A stretch of 64,000 bases of DNA from Chiloscyllium plagiosum. Its lineage: Eukaryota. Of this stretch, positions 1-13,471 are shown piece by piece; the first letter of the stretch is position 1; each line of letters opens with the position of its first letter. The DNA is taken from positions 49,625,239-49,689,238 of the forward strand of contig NC_057718.1 in assembly GCF_004010195.1 (NCBI RefSeq). The letters run 5' to 3'. The notes below the pieces were generated by a model. That model was not told the DNA's origin, ran no database searches, and worked only from the letters and a program-made list of their open reading frames with translations. The position numbers were made by a program, and so were the translations under genes.

Positions 1-989
1 GTGAGGTCATATCTAATCATGCAGAAATGCCCATCTGAGCCCTTGATTATAAGAATCCCCTGTCTCTATTTCCCTTCCATTTTTTTTCCTTGCTTGCCTT
101 CTCCCCACCCTGCACCCCTTGCTCATACAGCTGAGATTCTCATGTTCCTGGATTAGCTTTAGCGGCATTCCCCGGAGGAATGACTGTCCTCATCAGAGAC
201 TGAAAAAAAACCTGATGAACACATGGGATAGGCTTAAGGAAATCTTGCACTACCCGCTTGGTGTTCTCCTATTTCCTCTCTGCTTGCTCACTGCTGACGT
301 GTTGTGTGACCATTGCCCTTGTTTATCCATGTTGTCCTCTGCTTTGTAGATCCTTAACAGTGACTTCAGCTGCTGCTCAAGTTCTGAAACCTGTAGCTCA
401 AGGTTATGCAACTGATTCACGCACATTGTTGCCTGGCATGCACGGTATACTTATGATATCCCATATACACAGGATGGACACTCCACTTGGTCCACACCAC
501 CTATCTTCCCATAACTCTAAAAGCTGTTTGTTAACTTTAGAATAAGCATAAGCTTACTATAAGAACTTATTTGTAGCTTCACTTTATTTATGTTAATGTT
601 ATATTCCATGAATTATCTTCCCAGGAATAGATGTATTCTTTCTGGTAAGATCTATTTACTCTGCAGTAGGTGGTAATTGTCCAATTTAATTTCATAAGTG
701 CAGGAAAACCCTTTTCTATAATAGTATACAGTGTCTGCATTGTTATACATCAGAATATATATCATTTACAGTAAAGAAAATAAAGCAGTGTAGTCATACC
801 ATAAAATTAAATCTCTTCAAACAAAGAGGATAAAATAACTTTGAAACAAAGCAGAATTAAAATCCTTTAAAATAACAAAAAAAAACAACAAAGACATGAC
901 AGCAGTAAAAATGACAGGAAGAGTTACTTTCAGAGATGAACAAAATAAAACACAGAAGTGAACATTTTTATTTGTTCTTAAGATGTAGA

Positions 990-3720
990 ATTGTTTCCAA
1001 ACTAGAGGCTAAATCAAAGGATGAGCAGGTAAATACACTTTTGGATTCAATCTGATGAGGTTATGACTCAGCAAGGCATAAAAGAAGCAACAGATACTTC
1101 TGATGAAGTTCTGCAAGTCTTTGACAATTGGTTTAATCTCAGAACAAATAAAATTGTTGAAAGGACAAGAAAGAACAGAAGACATCAGCATCAAGGAGGA
1201 CCCATAAATAGTTTCCTTGGTGATCTTTACAGATTCATGAAAAAAACATGACCACGAAGCATTGAAGTCAGAATTCATAAAAGTCAGAATTGTTGTTCGA
1301 ATTATTGCCAAGTCTTTGTCAGATTTATTGCAATCTAAATAAGATTTGACTTTGGGGAATTCCATTGAAACAAAAAAATCCATAAGCAAAACAGATCACT
1401 CCTAATCGGAGAGCGTCAGTATAATGCATTCAGTTCTTAAAGCACAAAAACCTGAAAGATACAAGTGAGAAGCCAAGACAGGGAGCAGACAAAACCACAG
1501 ATTGTAAGAGTCAGTGTCAACATTATAGACTGAGGAATCCCACAGGCACAAGTTATTAAAAAGAATAATGAATCTGAGAAATAGCAGGTCTCTTCTAGGA
1601 GGTCTGCAGCAAACTATGACAGAGCAACAAAATGTCAAGTAGAAACTCACACAAAGAAGTTACTTGGGTCAAACAGGTTACAATTGTCAAAATAAATAGC
1701 TATTTCCATGAGAAAAACCTGATCCAAGTCAAGCAGCTTTGGTAAGAATGTATTTACATCAGTGGACTTCTCACTAACTTTAAGCTTAAGACAGAGGTGT
1801 ATTTCAATGTTTTTTCAGACAGTAGATTGTTTGCAGCCTAGAACAGTACAATTGTGTGATCAAGGTGGAATAGCTTTCAAGCTATCAAGATCGAAGATAT
1901 TGCAACAAGTAACTTTGTAACACAAGAGATGATAGATAATTAAGAATGTACAAATACATCATCAAGACTTATCACTCTTGAGCAAAGATATGCTTTTCTT
2001 TTAACCTTTTTAGGAAGATAGAAAAATTTAGGTTGCAGAAGGTTACAAATTCTTTGGAACAGGATTACACTAAATTGTTTCCAGGGTTAGGAAATCTCAA
2101 AAAATACTGAACGCAAGAACATGTGAAAAAGATGTCAAGCCATTATGTCTCTATATGCCCAAGATAATTTCATATCCTTTAATGAAATAAGCTCAGAAGC
2201 AATGTAGGGAAATGATTAGAATGGGCATCAGTTCCTGGTGATGAAGCCAACTGATTAGTGTTTGGACATAGTTACTATACCCAAACCAAATGGATCTATC
2301 CGAATTTGTGTTGCCATAGACCAACAATGTAGTGGTAAGAGAAACCCACCTTATGTCTACCATGGATGAGAGTATAGCCAAATTCTCTGAAAATAGAGTT
2401 TTTACCAAACTCAATGCAAACAATGGGTTTGGTAGGTTCGATTCAATGATAATGAAAATTACTCACCACCTTTACAACTCCATTTGGGAGATTTTGTTCC
2501 AACAGTCCACCATTCAGGATCATTTCAGACCAAAGGATTCTTCAACAGCCATGTGTACTATTCAGGAGAGTTATAAGGTATCATATGCCACATGGATCTC
2601 ATACTGAAACATGGAGAGATTGTTGAAAAGTCATGGCCAGAGTGTGCATTCATTTTTAAAAAACCTACAGTCTGAAGGGTTCAGTCTTCATGACAAGTAT
2701 GAACTTCCCAAGGACTCTGTACCTCCTGTACCTCCTATTAACAGTAATAATGGAATTATGATTGACCCACAAAAAACAAAGGCTATTGAGGAGTTATCCA
2801 CTTTGCAATTGGTTTATGACTTGCAAAGATATTTACAGATAACAAACAAGTCATTATTATTTTTGTCTCATTTGGCACTACAACTGAACCTTTGAAATAA
2901 TATCTCCAGTTTAAGGAATGGTGTAGAAGTGATATCAGGGTATGAAAATACCAAGGTCATGCAAATATCCACAGCTAGCCTGATGCACTTCAATCTGAAC
3001 TTTCCAATCATTAAAGCTGCTAATGCTTCAGCTACAGTCTTAGGAGGAATGTCCCTTCAGGAAAAAACATGGATGTCAGGAATCAGCATACTATGCCTCA
3101 AGAGGGATAAGAAAGAGTTGTAAAAGATGTCTTTACAGCTACAGAGATTCTGATTTTGCCTTATGAGTTGCACTTATGAGAAGATTCATGTACAAAGAAG
3201 TTACTTGGGTCAAACAGGTTACAATAGTCAAAATAAATAGCTATTCCCATGAGAAAAACCTGATCCAAGTCAAGCAGCTTTGGTAAGAATGTATTTACAT
3301 CAGTGGACTTCTCACAGGACAATAGTGGATTGGATCTCCAGAGCAATGATCGATGTTTACACGCATGATGTAGAATTTGTTCATGAAATTAAGATCTACT
3401 CTCAAACTATGGAAGTACAGTGGCCAGCAAGCCAAATTAGGCTCAAGCAAACACAGCAAGAATAAAAGAGTGACTAAGAATGAATACCATTTGATGTATT
3501 GTGAAAATGGTTGACCACACCGAAAGCCCAGTGGATTGACCATGAAGATCCAGTTTGAGAATTGACAGCTTTGCAGAATCAGAGACTCCTTACTGTTTTT
3601 AATGAATGATTGATTGTTCAAGTTTTATCACGGGAAGGTATGCTAGTCAAGACACAACGGGAAGAGTTAGGGATCATTTGTGCAAAGACGGACATTGATT
3701 GTTAATGTGATACCAATGTA
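990..3720 (+). mobile_element. Decayed Gypsy/Ty3 LTR-retrotransposon internal region (gag, protease, RT, RNase H remnants)
   Basis: ORF 1063-1251 ...FDNWFNLRTNKIVERTRKNRRHQ..PINSFLGDLYR is gag-like. ~1760-1800 reads SGLLTNFKLKTEV, resembling the protease FKLDTGA motif. ORF 2332 VRETHLMSTMDESIAKFSENRVFTKLNANNGF resembles RT 'FSKLDA..GF'. IIKAANASATVLGG resembles RNase H 'DAS..GLG'. Many stops and frameshifts. Confidence 0.85.
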
Positions 3721-3794
3721 AAGAGATTGGAGTCCTTATATTTAACTTCAATTTGCATTATTCATAGGCCTGAGCAGTGTGAGCTGTTGATATC

Positions 3795-3950
3795 TGTTAG
3801 GGACCAGTACAAACCCCTTTCAAATATATCAAGGAGATAGCCTGGACCCGAACATTTTTTTATTGAAAGGCAACTGTAAGGTGCTGTGATCCAGATGTAA
3901 TTTACTTGGTTACACTACTTGGCTTGATGGACATATTTTTAAAGAAGCTT
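3795..3950 (-). mobile_element. LTR fragment, same family as the solo LTRs at 12262 and 19330
   Basis: tgttagggaccagtacaaacccctttcaaatatatcaagg resembles tgttatggaccaggccagatctcttcaaaatatttcaag at 19330. Confidence 0.55.
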
Positions 3951-4224
3951 TTTGTGATGAACAAAATCAACATGATTTGTGAAAAGGAAGTCATGTTTGA
4001 CAAATTTGTTATAGTTCTTTGAGAATATCAAAGGAAGTAGTCAAAATAAATACAGATGAGGATCTTAGGAGCAGTGATCATAATATGTCAATGCTTGAGG
4101 TCCAAATGGAATGAAAAATAAAGACTCCAGATTTGAATATAATGTATTTTAGAAAAATGTTAGAAAGTTAGCTGAGGTCAGATTGGGGGAAAATACTTAA
4201 TGAAAGAAAACTGCAAAGTGACTG

Positions 4225-4530
4225 AATTAATGAATGGTGGTCTCATCTGTCAGCACTGGTGGACAAAATTGGGCAATTTTGAAAAACAGCATTACCCCTG
4301 GTACACTGGCCAATAGGTTGTCCCAATGAACCCCACAATAACAGATTATCTGCTCATTACCAAGTTTCTGTCTGTGGGACCTTGCTGTGCAGGAAGTTGG
4401 CTGCAAGGTATCCTTCATTATGATTATACTTCATGTGTACTTGATTGGCTATAAAACACTTTGTTACTTTTGATTGCTGTGAGAAGCTTCATATAAATGC
4501 AAGTCTTCTTTCTTTCCTTCCTTTTTTTCT
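4225..4530 (+). mobile_element. DeuSINE-type (SacSINE1/AmnSINE1-like) remnant
   Basis: Deu-domain-like acagattatctgctcatt...gtgggaccttgctgtgcaggaagttggctgc and 3' end tataaatgcaagtc followed by a pyrimidine tail. Confidence 0.7.
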
Positions 4531-6084
4531 ATTCTAAGAGGGATCTACATCAAGAGCAAGATTTTGTAGGTGGGGTTTCCTTCCCCAGCACCGACAGACT
4601 CAGCCAGGAATGCATTCCGAAAATCACTGCAGGGCCACTGCTGGAAGGAATGCTAACTGGTTAGAGACATGGCATCTGCTCTTCATGCGAATGAGAAGCC
4701 CATCCCAGTGAAGTGATTGCCAATGTGAGACTGCAAGTAGTCCCTCAATTAATACGTTCCAGAGTCAGTATTAGGGGCGTGCCAGAAAGGGAGGGATCCC
4801 ATGGATTGGACTGGAAATGTGTCCCAGTCAGCTAGGGAAAGGGGTTGGGAGTTTTGATGAAGAAGCCAATTGGGTGCAGGGAGCACCCAGGAAGGGCTGG
4901 GCTTTATGGGAATAGGCTCACAGATGTGGAAATTGGGCCATTGTGGGATTTGATTTTCTGAAGCTCCAGCAGGGTGACCTGCCATGTAAACCCTTGCCTC
5001 TTAATCCCTCCCACTGGTCTTAAAACTGAGGCCAGTTGGAAAGTGACCAATAACTGCTTGCAAAACGGACCTGAGTTGGGTTGAAGGTCAGGACCGCCCT
5101 AAGCCTCACCTGCTTCCCATAAAATTATGTAAAAATAAAGAAACACTTAGAAACACATTAATGATATAAAATGGAGCGTATAACAATGTTACTGAGGTGA
5201 GAGATATAATAGAAAAGATTGTGGAAGTAATTGTGAAAACTGAGGAAGAGGAATATTCTCTAGGTATGTAAGTGTGAGTGTGGTCAGATAATGAATTAAT
5301 GGAGAATTATAAAGCATAAGCAGAATTGGTAATTGATGAAGAGAACTTGGCAACATCTAAGCATCCAATTTGTAGCTGGTGGAAAGTGAATGAGGCATAT
5401 GGGCACAGAACAGGCCCATAGGATTAGAATTGGAGCTCATGTGGGTGATGGTCACAGACACTAACACATGTTCTTGAATCACAGTTTCTATGTGATGCAT
5501 TTTGCCCCAAAGCCTTTAGCAAGAAACATTGGCACAGCTTTAAGGATTGCCAGCTGTCCTTAATAGCAGCTGACACCTGATAATATGCTTCCCTACCCTC
5601 GCGACATTCCAAGTGTGTTGTATATTAAACACTGAGATTATTTAAATGAGTTAATATCATATTATTGGGCAAAGTCCACTTTGCACAGCACATAATGTCT
5701 GAGATATAGTAGTTCCAGTAGTACTACATGAAGATGATGTTTTCAGTCCTTTTAATGGAACTGCTTTTTGATTTGTTCTTTCTTGCACAGGTGAGAAATG
5801 AAATATGAAACTACTGCATACCATAAAAATTCAGTTCTTCCTTTGTCGGTGAATTATATTTCCTGTTTCAACTGGTGGTTTAAGTCCTCAATATCAATGC
5901 AAGGGATTGAGAGTTACAAGTTAACAGTTAAACAATGCAGAGTAAGCCTACAGCTCATAATTAATTTCCACAATCCTTACATGCTAAATATAATGAGGGT
6001 AGCAACCCTTTTACTTTTGCACCATGTGATTTCACAGACCAGGCACCCATTAAATATTTTCTAATCAACATGCTCTTAAGAAAC

Positions 6085-6285
6085 CTCTGGAACAAGTTTT
6101 GGTTACCTGGCTCGGAGGTAGGGACATTACCACTGCAATACAAGAGCCAAATGACCAGCTATGTTTGTAATGTCTAATCAACTTGTTCAGAAATATTATT
6201 GCACACCTCTGCAACAGGTGGCACTGGAGTCTGTACCTACTTAGTTCAGAAGTAGGGACATTACCATAGAGCTACCAGCCACCTT
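6085..6285 (-). mobile_element. Decayed tRNA-derived SINE with two tandem tRNA-like heads
   Basis: Two units share acctctg..acaggt...gtagggacattacca; the reverse complement resembles a Pol III A-box (tgcagtggtaatgtcc). Confidence 0.5.
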
Positions 6286-6559
6286 TAAGACTAATTAGCA
6301 ATAATTTCCAGTATAACTCAAATGGTAGCCAGTCACATGCGGCTCCTTAAGTGGCAAAATAACCATCTTCCCCTGCATGGGAAACCAAGTCTCAATAGAG
6401 AAATATTTTACCTTTTATAACTATGTTCAACACATTTTGAAATTAGTATCACAATTATAGTAGAATGTCAGTGCCAAAGTATTTGAAAGATTTTTTTAAA
6501 ATTTGTTTACATTAATAATTATTTGTATATTTTTAGGTGTTAGTCCATAAAGATCAATT

Positions 6560-7100
6560 TCAATTTTTCACAAATTATACACCATTTTTCAGTTCTTTGC
6601 CCAATCACTTAATCTATTCATATCCCACTGTAACATTCTTATATCCTCTTCACAACTCACCTTCCTACTAGTCTTAACGTCATCAGCAAATTTAGCACCC
6701 GTACCTTTGGCTCCTTCATCCAAGTCATATATATAAATTTTAAATTCTCAAGCACTTGATCCTGATCCATTAAATCTTGTCAACCAGAATATAACACATA
6801 TACGCTTTTTCTTTAGTTCCTGTTTTCTAGCCAATCTTTTATCAATGCCAAATATTACATACAAAACCAGGAGGTTTTATTTTCTGCATTAATGTGGTAA
6901 CTTATCAGATTTCTGATGAAAATCTAGTTTGAGTACACTCATCAATTCTCCTTTAACCACTCATGTTATTTTGTCAAAGAACACCAATTAAGTGATTAGA
7001 CATGATTTATCTTTCGAGAAGAACATGTTGACTGTCTGATTAGCTTTTATTTTTCCAAATGTCCTGTTTATTAATAGCTTTGAACATCTTCCCACATGTA
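6560..7100 (-). mobile_element. Old CR1 RT fragment
   Basis: cagttctttgcccaatcactt, gtcatcagcaaatttag (reverse reads KFADD) and ttagacatgattt match CR1 RT on the minus strand. Confidence 0.6.
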
Positions 7101-8339
7101 GGTTGATAGCTGAGCTAGGATTTAGAAAAATTTACTTTGTAGTTGGCTGTGCTGCCAAGTTACATTTGTTTAACATGTAAAAAGAAGATAATATGTTAGC
7201 TTTTTATAAGTTGCACAATGCTCAATTTATTATATTATTGTTCTCATGACAATCGTAACAATGGCAGATATAGCTGCTGTTTTCCTTCATGCCCTTGATA
7301 AAGCAATAATTATATGATACCAGGATGACCAATTCTAACAGTGCTTTTGCAGCAACATGGAATAATCTATCCTTACCTCATTACATGTCAAGTATTCATG
7401 CCGCATTGTCAAATAATGTAAACCAATTTGTACTTCAGTGCTTTTATCTAGTTCAGTTCTTCTCATAGTGAAGTTGTTCAGTTATTTCATACCACATGTG
7501 TTTAGCTTCCTTCCCCTTTGCATTTTTCTCTCATTTTCTTCCTTTCTGAGTCACTCTGTCAACTATTCAATTGATTTCCTGTTTTTATACCTTTTCCTAT
7601 GGCCTTTTTGTTCATTAATTCTATGGTGTGAAACTTATAGTTCTTTTTCTCCTTATTCCACCCTGCCGTCATCCTTAACTTTTGTATTTTATGATGATCA
7701 ATTTCTCCCTACAGTGGGGAAAGAACTTAGTAGACTTTTAGAAACGAGCATGGCTGCCAATGGTAGATCCTGAGGTGGGCATTTCTTCCATGTTGGGAAT
7801 CACCAAGTACCGTCAATTTAAGTTTCAAGTGCATGAGGTTGGCATGTAACCCATGTGCAATTACATAGCAAAGGATTGCTTTCAGATATCTGCCTCTTCA
7901 TCAGCTGCTGACATGAAATTCACAACAAGGAATGATATTGATTGGTAAAAGAATGATGAATCCACACTCAAATTGACTAATCAAATACAGCATGTCTCAA
8001 TAGTGAAACAACTTCTATAAAACAAACATAGAACACGGAACATTACTCTTATCTTCCTGCAAGCTGCATAAACACTGCATTACTGGATTGGTAGAGCGGT
8101 ACAATTAATCTAACCTGCTGTGTTCCAGTTGTAGTCTCCTCTGACAGTTTCCATTTGAATCCTATTTTTGACTTTGATTTCATTCTGAGCAGCAAGTTTA
8201 AGAAGGGTGTGAAGAACAAGGAGTGGCTTCATTTTGAACATAATGCTGAGAGAAGAGACAGCAGTGTTGAAAGAGCAAGGAGCAAGTTTAAACATTTTTA
8301 AAATAGTGCATTATTTCCAAACCCAGCAGAGACAGAAAG

Positions 8340-8476
8340 GTTCTGCAGAAGGGTCAATGGACTCATAATGTTAACTCTGATTTGTCCCCACTGATGCTGC
8401 CAGACCTGCTGAGATTTTCCAACAATTTCTGTTGTTGTTTCAGATTTCCAGCATCTATACTTTTTTCTTTTTTTTT
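8340..8476 (+). mobile_element. Penelope pLTR-derived short insert with degenerate hammerhead
   Basis: gttctgcagaagggtcaatggactc...gatgctgccagacctgctgag...ccagcatct, flanked by the near-perfect 11-bp duplication gagacagaaag/gacacagaaag. Confidence 0.75.
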
Positions 8477-9040
8477 GACACAGAAAGAGGAGACAGCAAG
8501 TTTAAGAAGACCATGGTGATCAGGGAGTTATTTCCATCTGAACACGGTGCTGAGTGAAGCTAAGTATGAAAAGAAGTCCAAGAACAGCATCATTGTGGGT
8601 TGGTGAGATGCAGCTGTTAACAAATGAGTCTAACTAGCTTAAAACTAAAACAAATAATTTATAGAGAAGAAACAGTTACTTGGATTTCAGGGTGGAACAC
8701 TAACAACTCAGAGTTGTTAAATCAAGTTAAAGTAAAATAATATGATGGAGTAAAACCAAAGGAAACTAAAGTTAAAGTAAGTGAACAGAAGTAAAGTTAC
8801 GATTAAGTTTTCAGAGTAAGTTTACATTTATTCTAAGTTGACAGGCAATTTCCAGAGTTATGAAATTTCAAGTCAGCCAAGCCAAGTGGAGTACCCTGCA
8901 GCATATGTGAAGTGATGGGTGTACAATGTGACCCAGACAAATATCCACAGAAACTGTCACCAGGTACACAGAACTGAGCTCCATTTCAGAATTGAGCAGA
9001 AGTATGAGCCACTGTTGAGCGTTTGCAAAGTGGAGGACTA

Positions 9041-9240
9041 CAGTTGGTTCTGTTACATCATGGTAGTTCCATTCTCAGGCAATCCAGTGTTATAAGAAAA
9101 TCATGTAAAAGCAGCACGATTTAAACTAATGGGGCCGGAATCATGTGATAACCAATACATGCTTTAAAAGTTTGCACTTTAGAAACAGTGTCCCCAATTT
9201 GTCAATTACGTCATTTGGATAGAACATATAGGGAGTTACT
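9041..9240. mobile_element. Probable non-autonomous DNA transposon (TA-CAG start) inserted in CR1 ORF1
   Basis: Begins ta|cagttggttctg and interrupts the CR1 ORF1 remnant; the right TIR is not clear. Confidence 0.4.
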
Positions 9241-9477
9241 CACAGTGTAGTTTAGAAGTGTACAGGCACAGAGGGAATGGTGATGACCAAGAAGTCAAGA
9301 AAACCAGACAGGGAGTGCAGGTCTCCCTTGATTTGATCATGCTGGCCAATAAGAATTCCATTTTGGAAATTATTAAAGGTGATGCTTACTTGGAGAATGC
9401 AGCCAGATCCAAGCCCATTGCACAACGTATGTGTCAGTTGTACAGGAGCAGAATGAAGAGATGAGGTGAGAGTGACA

Positions 9478-10870
9478 GACCTTCAAGGCCGCATTTGACT
9501 GAATATGGCACGAAAGAACCCTAGCAAAACTAAATTCATTGGGAATCTGGGGGCAAGATCTCCGCTGGTTGGAGTCATAACTGTTACTTAGGAAGATGGT
9601 TGTGTTTGTCAGAGATCACTCATCTCAGCTGCAGGACATTTCTGCAGGAGATTCTCAGGGTAGTGTCCAAGGCCCAACTATCTTTAACTGCTCCATCATA
9701 AGGTCAGAAATGGGGATGTTCATTTATGTTTGTACAACGTTGAGTACCATTCCTAACTCCTCAGATACTGAAGCAATCCATATTCAAATGCAACAAGATT
9801 TGGACAAATCCAGATTTAGCCTGACAAATGACAAGTGACAAATAACATTTGCACTACACAGGTACCAGACAGTGACAATCTAACCAGCTCACCTTGATAT
9901 TCAGTGGCATTACCATCACTGAATGCCCACTATCAACATCCTGGGGGTTACCATTGACCAGAAACTCAAGTGGAGTCATCATATAAATACTGTGGCTACA
10001 AGAGCAGGTCAAGCTATGAATGTTGCGGTAAGGAACTCACCTTCTGACTCCCCAAAGCCTGTCCACCCATCTACAAAGCACAAGTCAGAATTGTGGTGTA
10101 GTACTTCCCATTTGCCTGAATAGACACAGCTCCAACAACATTCAACAAACTTGACACCATCCAAGAGAAAGCAGCCATGTCTACAAGGGTTCACCTCCTC
10201 CATTACCAATGCTCAGCAGGAGCAGTATCTCTTACCTCCAAGATGTGCTGCAGCAATTCACCAAAGATCCTTCAACAGCACTTTTCAAACCCACCACCAC
10301 TTGCAAGGACAGCAGAACCTTGGGAGCAGCACCAATTACAAGTTCCCCTCCAGGCTACTCATCATCTTGACATGGAAATTTCTCACTGTTTCTTCAATGT
10401 TGCTGTGTCAAAACCCTGGAAAACCCTCCTTAATGCCACTGTGGGTCTACTTACAGCACATGGACTGCAATGGTTATCTCTGGAAAGGGTGGCCCTGTGG
10501 CACAGTGGTTAGCACTGCTGTCTCACAGCATCAGGGACCCGGGTTCGATTCCAGCCTCAGGTGACTGTCTGTGTGGAGTTTGCACATTCTCCCCATGTCT
10601 GCATGGGTTTTCTACGGGTGCTTCGGTTTCCTCCCACAATCCAAAGATATGCAGATTAGGTGAATTGGACATGCTAAAATAGCCCATAGTGTTCAAGAAT
10701 ATGTAAGTTAGGTGCCTTAGTCAGGGGTAAATGTAGAGTTGTACGGGAATGGGTCTGGCTGGGTTACTCTTTGGAAGCTCGGTGTGGGCCTGTTTCCACA
10801 CTGTAGGGATTCTATGAAGGCAGCTGACCACCATTTTCTCAAAGGCAACAAAAATCACATCCCATGAGAG
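9478..10870 (+). mobile_element. L2/CR1-clade LINE, 3' half (RT remnant plus 3' tail)
   Basis: ORF 9596 VVFVRDHSSQLQDISAGDSQGSVQGPTIFNC..., IQMQQDLD, INILGVTIDQKLKWSHHIN; same family as 27770-29080. Confidence 0.8.
10487..10817 (+). mobile_element. HE1-type tRNA-derived V-SINE
   Basis: A box tggcacagtggttagc, B box gggttcgattcc, V-domain gtggagtttgcacattctcccc...ggtttcctcccac, CR1-like tail. Confidence 0.9.
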
Positions 10871-12261
10871 AATTAAAGAAATAACAGTGATATGTGATTA
10901 CTATATTCAGGAGATCAGATAAGCATTTCTGTGGAGTGTTGGAGCAGCTGTGGTCGTCCTTCTCAGGAAGCCACAACTCCTCACCCACGTTGGTACCAAA
11001 GATATACATAGGAAGACGATTGAGATCCTGAAAGCAGAATTCAGAGGGTAAGGAAGTAAATTACAAAAACAGAACCTCAAGACCAATGATCCTCAGGATA
11101 ACTTGCAGTGTCACATACTCATGAGCAATAGGAACAGGAGAATTGATCAACTGACCCCATGGCTGGAGAATGAGTGTGGGTGGAATGGCACAGACTTCTG
11201 AGGCATTGGGACCAGTTCTGGGGCAGTTGGAAGATGTACAAGCTGGATGGATTACATCTTAATAGAACTGGCACTGGATATTCTCACAGGGAGATTTGCT
11301 AGTGCTGTTAGGGTAGTTTAAACAAGTTTGTCAGCAAGGTGGGAAGTGGAAGGATAACCCAATTGGAAGGGAATTAATGTGCTTGCAGAAAGTAAAAAAG
11401 CTGCAATGGAGAATAGAAGCCAGAAGAAAAAAAAACTCAACATGGAGCCTGCCTCAAATGTCAGATGATTCCAAAAGATACAAATTAGGCGCACTCTTCC
11501 ACATAGCACGTAGCAGATAGTAATAACATAATTGCCATTAAAAAAAATATAGCTGCATTGTGACCAGTACTGGAACTGAATATTCAAGTATATTCAATGT
11601 TTAAGAAGGGAAGACGAGAAGGAAAAGGAGATGGAGTTGCAATGATTTAAAGGATAGGATCAGTACATTAGTAAGGAAGGATTTCAGATCAGAGCAATAT
11701 TGTTTGGCACCTGTTTGTGTGGAATTAAGAAACAGCAAAATTGGAGTTATTTATAGTCTACCAAGTAATGCGGGACAAGGTATATATCAGGAGATAAGGA
11801 ACAACAAAAATCATGGGGGATTTCAAACATGCCTGGGTAAACCAATTAGGACACAAAAGCTAAAGCAGATGAGTTTCTAGAATATCCAATAGGTGGTTTG
11901 CTCTTGTTGAGGAGTCAACTAGAGGACAGGCAATGTTAGATCTCATATGAGGTAATGAAAAAGATCAAATTAAAATGATCATTATAAAATAACATTTAGG
12001 GATGAGTGACAATGGTATAACAGAATTTTATGTTTGAAAGTGAGGTGGTTTAATCTGAAGCAATGATTTGAAATTTGAATGAGGGTAATTAAAAAGACTA
12101 TGAGGTGTAAATTGTAGGACGTGGATTGGGAAAATACATTAAAGGGCATGATCAGATATGGATAATCTTTAAAAAATAATTACATACTTATAGCAACAAT
12201 GTACTCTTTTAGGTGCAAAAACTCATAAAAAGGTCAGTCAGTTGTGACTGACAAAGGAACT

Positions 12262-12788
12262 TGTGATGATGCTGCTCCTTTAACAAGGCTAAGTTGTCCC
12301 TTGTATCTTTTCAGAATGGTTGTAAATGCAACGATTCCGAATTATCTGTGTTTATCAACTTGAAGAAGCTTCTAATTTTTTTTTTTAAACACCTGTACAA
12401 TGAAAGGGGAGTGGCCAGTTCTCCCAGCTCAGCTTTTCTCTAGTTTGGTTTTTAGCAAGCAGTCAGGTTTTGAGACTGCTGTCAAAGAAACAGTTACATG
12501 GAAGAAAGTGTTCCAAGCTGAATCTCTCTGCCATCTCTCTCTCTCTCCTGTAAGACCCTATGTCTGATTTTACTTTTTTTTTGCCAAGCGCTATTTATGG
12601 GGATTGTTGCAGGAATTTGCAACAGCATCATCAAGTTGGGATAATCTGTTGGGTTTTCGGATAGGTTAAGTTATTCTGTATTCTGATCCCATTTGTTTGT
12701 GTTTTAGTCGGTACTCTGTAAATAAATAGGTTAGGGTTTGGGCTACCTTATTGAAATGTTTTGAAGGGGTCTGGCCTCATCCATAACA
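12262..12788 (+). mobile_element. Solo LTR
   Basis: TG...CA ends (tgtgatga...ccataaca), AATAAA at ~12721, flanks aact/aaat (4-bp TSD, one mismatch); reverse-complement homolog at 19330-19961. Confidence 0.8.
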
Positions 12789-12910
12789 AAATTAAGAATT
12801 GTAAAATTTTAAAGAAAATATTTGTAAATTGGATAGAAATAGTAATAAATCAAACATTTGGGAAGTTATTTTAGAATACGGTAAAGGAAGACAAAATTAC
12901 TGTTGAGGAA

Positions 12911-13240
12911 ATGGGTGGCACGGTGGCTCTGTGGTTAGCACTGCTGCCTCACAGTGCCAGGGACCTGGGTTCAATTTCAGCCTCGGGCAACAGGCTGTGG
13001 GGAGTTTACATATTCTCCCTGTGTCTGTGTGGGTTTTCTCCCACAGTCCAAAGATGTGCAGGTGAGGTGAATTGGCCATGCTAAATTGCCCATAATGTTC
13101 AGGGATACATAGGCTTGGTGCATTAGTCAGGGGAAATATAGAGTAATACAGTAGGGGAATGGGCCTGGGTAGGTTACTGTTCAGAGGTTGGTGTAGACTT
13201 GGATCAAATGACCTGTTTCCACACTGTAGGGACTCTATGA
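12911..13240 (+). mobile_element. HE1-type V-SINE
   Basis: ggtggcacggtggctctgtggttagcactgctgcctcacag...ttccacactgtagggactctatga. Confidence 0.9.
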
Positions 13241-13471
13241 AATGATGTTTAGAAATGAACACAATCTAGCAAAAAAAGAAAAATGGAAATATTTGACTAA
13301 GACTAACATGGGTTAATTAAGTAGTGTCAAGAGAATTTATAATGGGGAAAAGAGAGTTTTTAGAGAAACTGAATCTGTTTGTGTTTGTTTTCATTGAGGA
13401 AGTTACAAGAAGCCTCCCAGAATTAAAAATCTAAATGATAAGGGAAAATGAGAATTTGAAGGAAATCAACA

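Noticed and set aside
625..650. Possible 20-nt microexon cag|...|gtaaga; a similar one at ~46710-46723
   Set aside because: Expected by chance in 64 kb, with no supporting context.
7438..7773. 111-aa hydrophobic ORF
   Set aside because: Product of a pyrimidine-rich low-complexity tract.
10495..10560. tRNA-like sequences at HE1 heads
   Set aside because: These are SINE heads that continue into the V-domain and LINE tail, not tRNA genes.
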